Source: a virus. Taken from it: DNA of 35,601 nucleotides. The notes below the pieces were generated by a model. The model did no database searches, was not told the origin of the DNA, and saw only the letters and a list, made by a program, of their open reading frames with translations. The stretch spans positions 1 through 35,601 of the IMG/VR virus record IMGVR_UViG_3300045988_153050. One strand, 5' to 3'. Shown piece by piece: positions 32,401-35,601 of the stretch (positions are counted from its first letter, which is position 1; every line of letters begins with the position of its first letter). Both the position numbers and the translations under genes were made by a program.

Positions 32401-33009
32401 TCCATGACAGACGATGAGTACAGCGACTATATTGCCCTGTGGGAGAAAAAACAGACAGAGGCCCAGGCCGTCGCGCAGAAATTTTATGCGGATGAACTGC
32501 AACTGCTGGGCTACGAGTTTGTCGATAAACTCCCCGGTGAGCTGGACGGCATGAAACAGGAGCTGCGGAACCTGGGTATCCAGAGTATTCAGGGCTTGAT
32601 CGACGGTATGAACAACCGAAGCGGGGCGCTCTACGCAACCGCGCAACGTATCGTGTCCAGCGCTATCGCCGCTATGCGTGCGGCGGCTGACATCCACTCC
32701 CCGTCGCGGGTGACGCGGAACATGGTGGGCAAACCGTTGGCCCAGGGTATTGGGGCCGGGTTTATGGCTGAGATGGAACGTATCAATCGACAAATCGCGG
32801 AAACCGTACTGTCCCCGTTTGAATCCCTGTCCCGTGGGGACCTCATGGACGCGGCGGCTGGTGTGGTAAACGGTAACGCTGGCCTAGCTATGGCCGGGGC
32901 CGGTGGGGTGCAAACCGTGGTAATCCCTGTAAACCTGAATGGCAAACAGATTGCAGAGGTAGTCTACGACCCGTTGAAACAGGTGGGACGGCAAAGGGGG
33001 CAATACTAA
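29440..33009 (+). CDS. Tape measure protein (1189 aa)
   Basis: Long coiled-coil N-terminus, hydrophobic Gly/Ala-rich middle with 44-aa repeats, and two IHSPSRV(M/T)R motifs. Located after the chaperone genes. Confidence 0.9.
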   Translation: MATDVSIKLGVTGESDLTSALKGVESRIKNLNSEMKAAVSSMSGLENAEQQAAKKSDILTRSIDATKDKIGILSQQYDKAKAKLDELGAELENARQQFGENSAEALRAEAAYNRQAVTVNNLGTKINNATADMNKMEAELRDLGNDANRAGDGMDRLGDDADQAGNAFQQLGNKISRQEAELNRLKSAYSSAVLSFGKGSREARDLENQIDRLSTELKQSKTAFRQAADAADDFDNSMDDAGDGAGGLMDKLGGIKGSLVGGAIGGAISGLVQSAVSGIKSLVEETAEYQKIMGVLEVSSQKAGYTAEQTGQSYRQLYAIIGEDQASATALANLQALGLSQSELTTLIDGCIGAWATYGDSIPIDSLAEAINETIKTGTVTSSFADVLNWAGTSEDDFNKKLEATKDPAERARLVLDELARQGLPQLADAFREANPEVVAMNEAQAQMQDAMAGLGAAFAPVVAGVTEALAGLMAALTPVGEAISTVFLKAFELLQPVIDGLKERFQDVKNAINEAFTPEQQAAISKFFSTLATLVVAAPFAALAAVINIVVTAVELLINVIGALVGFFSETLPSAIQTAVSWIAQLPGKISSFFSTVIANVSAWASEMVSKAVDVGGRFLSSIGNFFGQLPGKIASFLAGALSAIAGWASNAIAKAAEAGNGVLSAIGNFFGQIPGKIASLLAGALSALASWAANMAAKARAGMANVRNAIVSTLQAIPGQVASVGRNIVQGLWNGIQGAAGWLLGRIKGWCSNILNGIKGFFGIHSPSRVMRDEVGVQLAKGMALGIRDGESYVIRAEKSQAAKVVAVAAGAADEVEDTWKETNQRLLDDTAKRLNVSVDTYKKSYNQVVDLTSELNNRLVAKEEELTKRLEDTGLDDATKEALNAQLSAVKEFRTEYEAALSEIEKAQESMADKLRDYGELFQSVKDETGEFLELSDLQEQIDGIERYGDALESLKNRGVSDSLLDEIIGMDVDKATAYTEKLLSMTDDEYSDYIALWEKKQTEAQAVAQKFYADELQLLGYEFVDKLPGELDGMKQELRNLGIQSIQGLIDGMNNRSGALYATAQRIVSSAIAAMRAAADIHSPSRVTRNMVGKPLAQGIGAGFMAEMERINRQIAETVLSPFESLSRGDLMDAAAGVVNGNAGLAMAGAGGVQTVVIPVNLNGKQIAEVVYDPLKQVGRQRGQY

Positions 33010-33011
33010 TA

Positions 33012-33371
33012 ATGGCAAATATTACTATTGCAGGGCTTGAGATGCCCAGAACTAAAACCTTAGAGGTGGGCGGCGGCTATGAGAGCCAGGAGGCTACTAT
33101 GGCGTCCGGTAAGATCGTCCGCGATGTGCTGGGGTGGCGGACTGAGCTGTCTGCAACGTGGGAGTGGGTACCGGCTGACTTGTTGGCCCAAATCGTACAG
33201 CTGGCCCGTTCGGGCCGGTTTGTGACGATTTCCTACCCGGACCCCACGGGGCAGACCGTCTCCGGCGCGTTTACCATCGAGATCGGCAGTCAGAAAATTT
33301 TCAAGTTTCTCAACGGTGTGCCGGTGTGGTACAACGTCGAGTTGACCGCTACGGCGCAGGGGGTGGCATGA
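33012..33371 (+). CDS. Small distal-tail-position protein (119 aa)
   Basis: Follows the tape-measure gene immediately. Function assigned from position only. Confidence 0.45.
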   Translation: MANITIAGLEMPRTKTLEVGGGYESQEATMASGKIVRDVLGWRTELSATWEWVPADLLAQIVQLARSGRFVTISYPDPTGQTVSGAFTIEIGSQKIFKFLNGVPVWYNVELTATAQGVA

Positions 33372-34897
33372 TGATTTCGGTCCCAACCGGTTACAATCCG
33401 TACACCGATACCCGTCGGGTCGAGCTGTCATTTTCGTTCGGTGTTGTGGCCCCGGAAGCGGCTGAGTTGGCCGTCCCTGCATCGTCCGCCCAGTCCACCG
33501 TCTCCGTTATCGGGCAGACGGTGGACGGGGTGGAGCAGATGAGCGGGAACTACACCAGCCTGGAAAAAAATATGTGGGTGCTGGACGGCTCCCGTGAGTT
33601 GTACCCTGGTGAGCAAACCGGATGGAACAGCGCCGTACTATCTGGGGATGATGGAGTATACAGTTCCGCGCCCTACCTAGAGTTTACGTTCCCGGAGAAT
33701 CAGGACAGCTACGGGTTTACCCTGATTTTTGATGATACCCAGCCGGAAAACCACCCGGCGGAAATCGTCACTACGACATGGAACGCGAACGGGGTACAAC
33801 TTGGTACAACTACCACACACCCGACGGACTATACCCACGTTGTCAGTCTGCCCACGCAGGACTACCGACGTGTGCGGTTTACGTTTACAAAATCCGCTAT
33901 TCCACACCGACGGGTACGGGTGTGCGGTGTTCGCTTCGGCGTCCGTTACGACTACAACGCGGACACTATCGAGGGAGTGGAAATCAGGCAGTCCATCTCT
34001 CCATTTGCTGAGAGCCTGCCTTCTGCTGAGGTAGAGGCTACGGTAGATAACAGTGAGCAGCTGTACAACATGGTCAACCCGTCCGGCCTATATGCCTACC
34101 TGCAAGATGGGCAGTTTATGGACTGGACGATAACCGTCAACGGTGACGCTGTGTACATGGGTAGAGCCTATTTCACCACCGCCGAAAGCGAGGATGGGGG
34201 ACTGACTGCCAGTATCACGTTTAACGATTGGCTGTATGTGCTGGACAACGTGGAGTACACGGGGGCCGGTTCCGGGACGTGGACGCTAAAGGCGGCTGTC
34301 ACCGCCCTGCTTGCTAAGGTGTCCAACAAGTTTACCGCTGTGTACGACGCTGGTCTTGACGGGGTGGTGATCGGTAACACCGTCCCGGAAAATACTAGCA
34401 TCCGGGAAGCCCTGCGCCTATGCGCTCAGGCGGCTATGTGTACCTGCTACATTGATAGGACTAACGCCCTGCATTTCACCCGGCCCGCCCTATCCGCCCC
34501 GTCGGATGAATGGACGCTCGACGTGCAGCACAGCGCCGCACAAATTAAGGTGGGACAGCTCTACAATTCCATTAAATTGACAGCCGGACAGAGCGCAGAC
34601 GGCGAAGATGTGGTATACTTTAGTAGGAACATTGTAAGCGATGACATAGAGCGGGTTTATGAGGTCTCCAACCCGTGTGTCACGCCTGCACTTGGTCAGC
34701 AGGTAGCTAACTGGTTGCTTGCGTGGGTACAACGGCGTGTGTCCTATGAGCTGACCACGCGGGGAAATCCGGCTCTTGACCTGCTGGACACGGCTAAAAT
34801 CGACGATGTGTACGGTGTCAACGGGGACGCGATCGTCACACAGCTGGATTATAGTTACGACGGGGGGCTAACATGTGATGCCGAGGCAATTAGATAA
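33368..34897 (+). CDS. Tail tip / baseplate protein (509 aa; start refined to MMISVPTGY)
   Basis: ATGA overlap with the upstream stop. Size and position match a siphovirus tail-tip protein. Confidence 0.55.
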   Translation: MMISVPTGYNPYTDTRRVELSFSFGVVAPEAAELAVPASSAQSTVSVIGQTVDGVEQMSGNYTSLEKNMWVLDGSRELYPGEQTGWNSAVLSGDDGVYSSAPYLEFTFPENQDSYGFTLIFDDTQPENHPAEIVTTTWNANGVQLGTTTTHPTDYTHVVSLPTQDYRRVRFTFTKSAIPHRRVRVCGVRFGVRYDYNADTIEGVEIRQSISPFAESLPSAEVEATVDNSEQLYNMVNPSGLYAYLQDGQFMDWTITVNGDAVYMGRAYFTTAESEDGGLTASITFNDWLYVLDNVEYTGAGSGTWTLKAAVTALLAKVSNKFTAVYDAGLDGVVIGNTVPENTSIREALRLCAQAAMCTCYIDRTNALHFTRPALSAPSDEWTLDVQHSAAQIKVGQLYNSIKLTAGQSADGEDVVYFSRNIVSDDIERVYEVSNPCVTPALGQQVANWLLAWVQRRVSYELTTRGNPALDLLDTAKIDDVYGVNGDAIVTQLDYSYDGGLTCDAEAIR

Positions 34898-35375
34898 CCT
34901 AGTTTTCGACCGCACACAGTCCGACGTTGAGCGAGTAAAACGGCTGACAGCCGCCCTAGTAGCAGGGACGGCTACGGCGGCGGAACGGGCTGAGTTTGTA
35001 GCCGGGCTGAAAGGCGCATATAACGCGACGGACCTAAACCGTGTCGGCGCGGCGGTGGAGTACCTGACCGGCGTACTGCACGGCATGGGGTACACCGTGC
35101 CCACCGTCCCGGTGACAGACTGGGCAGAGGATAGCATACAGGACACCGAGCAAATGGCCGTGTACCTGGACAACATTCATAAATTGCGTGACTGCCTGCC
35201 CTACGTCGCGCCTGACGCGCCCGACAGTATGGGCGCGTTGACGTGGCAACAGGCCAACGCGATAGAAGAAATCTTGTACAAACTAGAAATTATCTTGCAG
35301 GAAATACAGGCCGGGTATCTCATCCGGCAGGCGGCTACTCCGTTTATGATAGCTGGGGGTGTTTTTAATGTTTGA
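34875..35375 (+). CDS. Tail-fibre-region protein (166 aa)
   Basis: Overlaps the upstream stop (GTG at 34875 or ATG at 34878). Lies within the fibre cluster. Confidence 0.55.
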   Translation: MMPRQLDNLVFDRTQSDVERVKRLTAALVAGTATAAERAEFVAGLKGAYNATDLNRVGAAVEYLTGVLHGMGYTVPTVPVTDWAEDSIQDTEQMAVYLDNIHKLRDCLPYVAPDAPDSMGALTWQQANAIEEILYKLEIILQEIQAGYLIRQAATPFMIAGGVFNV

Positions 35376-35601
35376 TAGGGTACCCGCGCCCGGTAAGGCC
35401 AACCGGGTAAAGATTACTCTGGACAATGGGCAGGTGGTAGAGGGTGTGTTGTCCTATGCGGACGATGCCACCCAGGAGGGCAGCGCCTACAACAAGGCAA
35501 ACGTGCTACCGGATGACGTGTGCAACGATCTAGGCATTGACCCGACAACATCCGAGCCGAAGGACGCATTTCGGGCGAACGTGGAGTATACCAAAAAAAG
35601 C
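35368..35601 (+). CDS. N-terminal part of the junction-spanning tail-fibre-region protein (continues at 1-164)
   Basis: ATG at 35368 overlaps the upstream stop. The frame is open to the window end and continues through the terminal repeat. Confidence 0.7.
   Translation, partial: MFDRVPAPGKANRVKITLDNGQVVEGVLSYADDATQEGSAYNKANVLPDDVCNDLGIDPTTSEPKDAFRANVEYTKKS
35483..35601. repeat. Terminal overlap copy 2 (identical to 1-119)
   Basis: Same as copy 1. It lies inside a coding frame, so it is most likely a circular-assembly overlap. Confidence 0.95.

Larger units (their letters stand above)
1..35601. mobile_element. Complete temperate siphovirus-type phage (excised prophage) genome, circularly closed, unit length 35,482 bp
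   Basis: Integration, immunity, replication, packaging, HK97-type head, long-tail and lysis modules are all present. The ends overlap by 119 identical bases and an ORF spans the junction. Confidence 0.9.

Noticed and set aside
1-35601. Diversity-generating retroelement, retron, tRNA or tmRNA genes, CRISPR array with cas genes, toxin-antitoxin pairs, stop-codon reassignment
   Set aside because: No reverse-transcriptase motif and no template/variable repeat pair was seen near the fibre genes. No T-loop or cloverleaf-like sequence was seen. All large genes are intact in the standard code. These checks were visual only.

Overview
The window is one complete, circularly closed temperate phage genome. 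Bases 1-119 are identical to 35483-35601, which gives a unit length of 35,482 bp, and an ORF reads across the junction. The sequence is visibly GC-rich. Gene content suggests an HK97-like siphovirus of a Clostridia-type Firmicute; this host guess is inference. Layout: tail-fibre and glycine-rich proteins and the lysis cassette (1-3075, +); a small accessory island (3076-4720); a long leftward early operon (4718-17293, -); the genetic switch and XRE repressor (17300-17824); tyrosine integrase (18142-19215); a candidate attP; a second accessory operon (19420-20086); a 770-bp repeat-rich non-coding region (20087-20856); then HNH, terS, terL, portal, protease, capsid, neck, tail and tape-measure genes (20857-35601, +). 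The early operon carries nucleotide-metabolism genes (dCTP deaminase, a ThyX-like protein, a MazG-like protein), an SNF2 helicase, a VRR-NUC nuclease, a VirE primase-helicase, a family A DNA polymerase, an SSB-like DUF2815 protein, a DUF2800 nuclease and a C5 methyltransferase. No tRNA, rRNA, CRISPR array, cas gene or reverse transcriptase was seen. The best candidate for something new is the island directly after the endolysin. (i) It holds a self-contained promoter, a 29-nt solitary repeat that resembles a type I-C CRISPR repeat (ending GGATTGAAAC), and a terminator. This could be an RNA anti-CRISPR or a one-repeat mini-array. (ii) A second orphan small-RNA gene has a near-consensus promoter and a strong terminator. 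(iii) An acr-aca-like operon encodes a small unknown protein followed by a 70-aa HTH protein. (iv) A roughly 110-bp promoter, TTGTACAA-palindrome operator and leader cassette occurs three times in the genome, each copy driving a different set of small unknown genes. All functional readings of these elements are hypotheses from sequence inspection only; no database search was possible.
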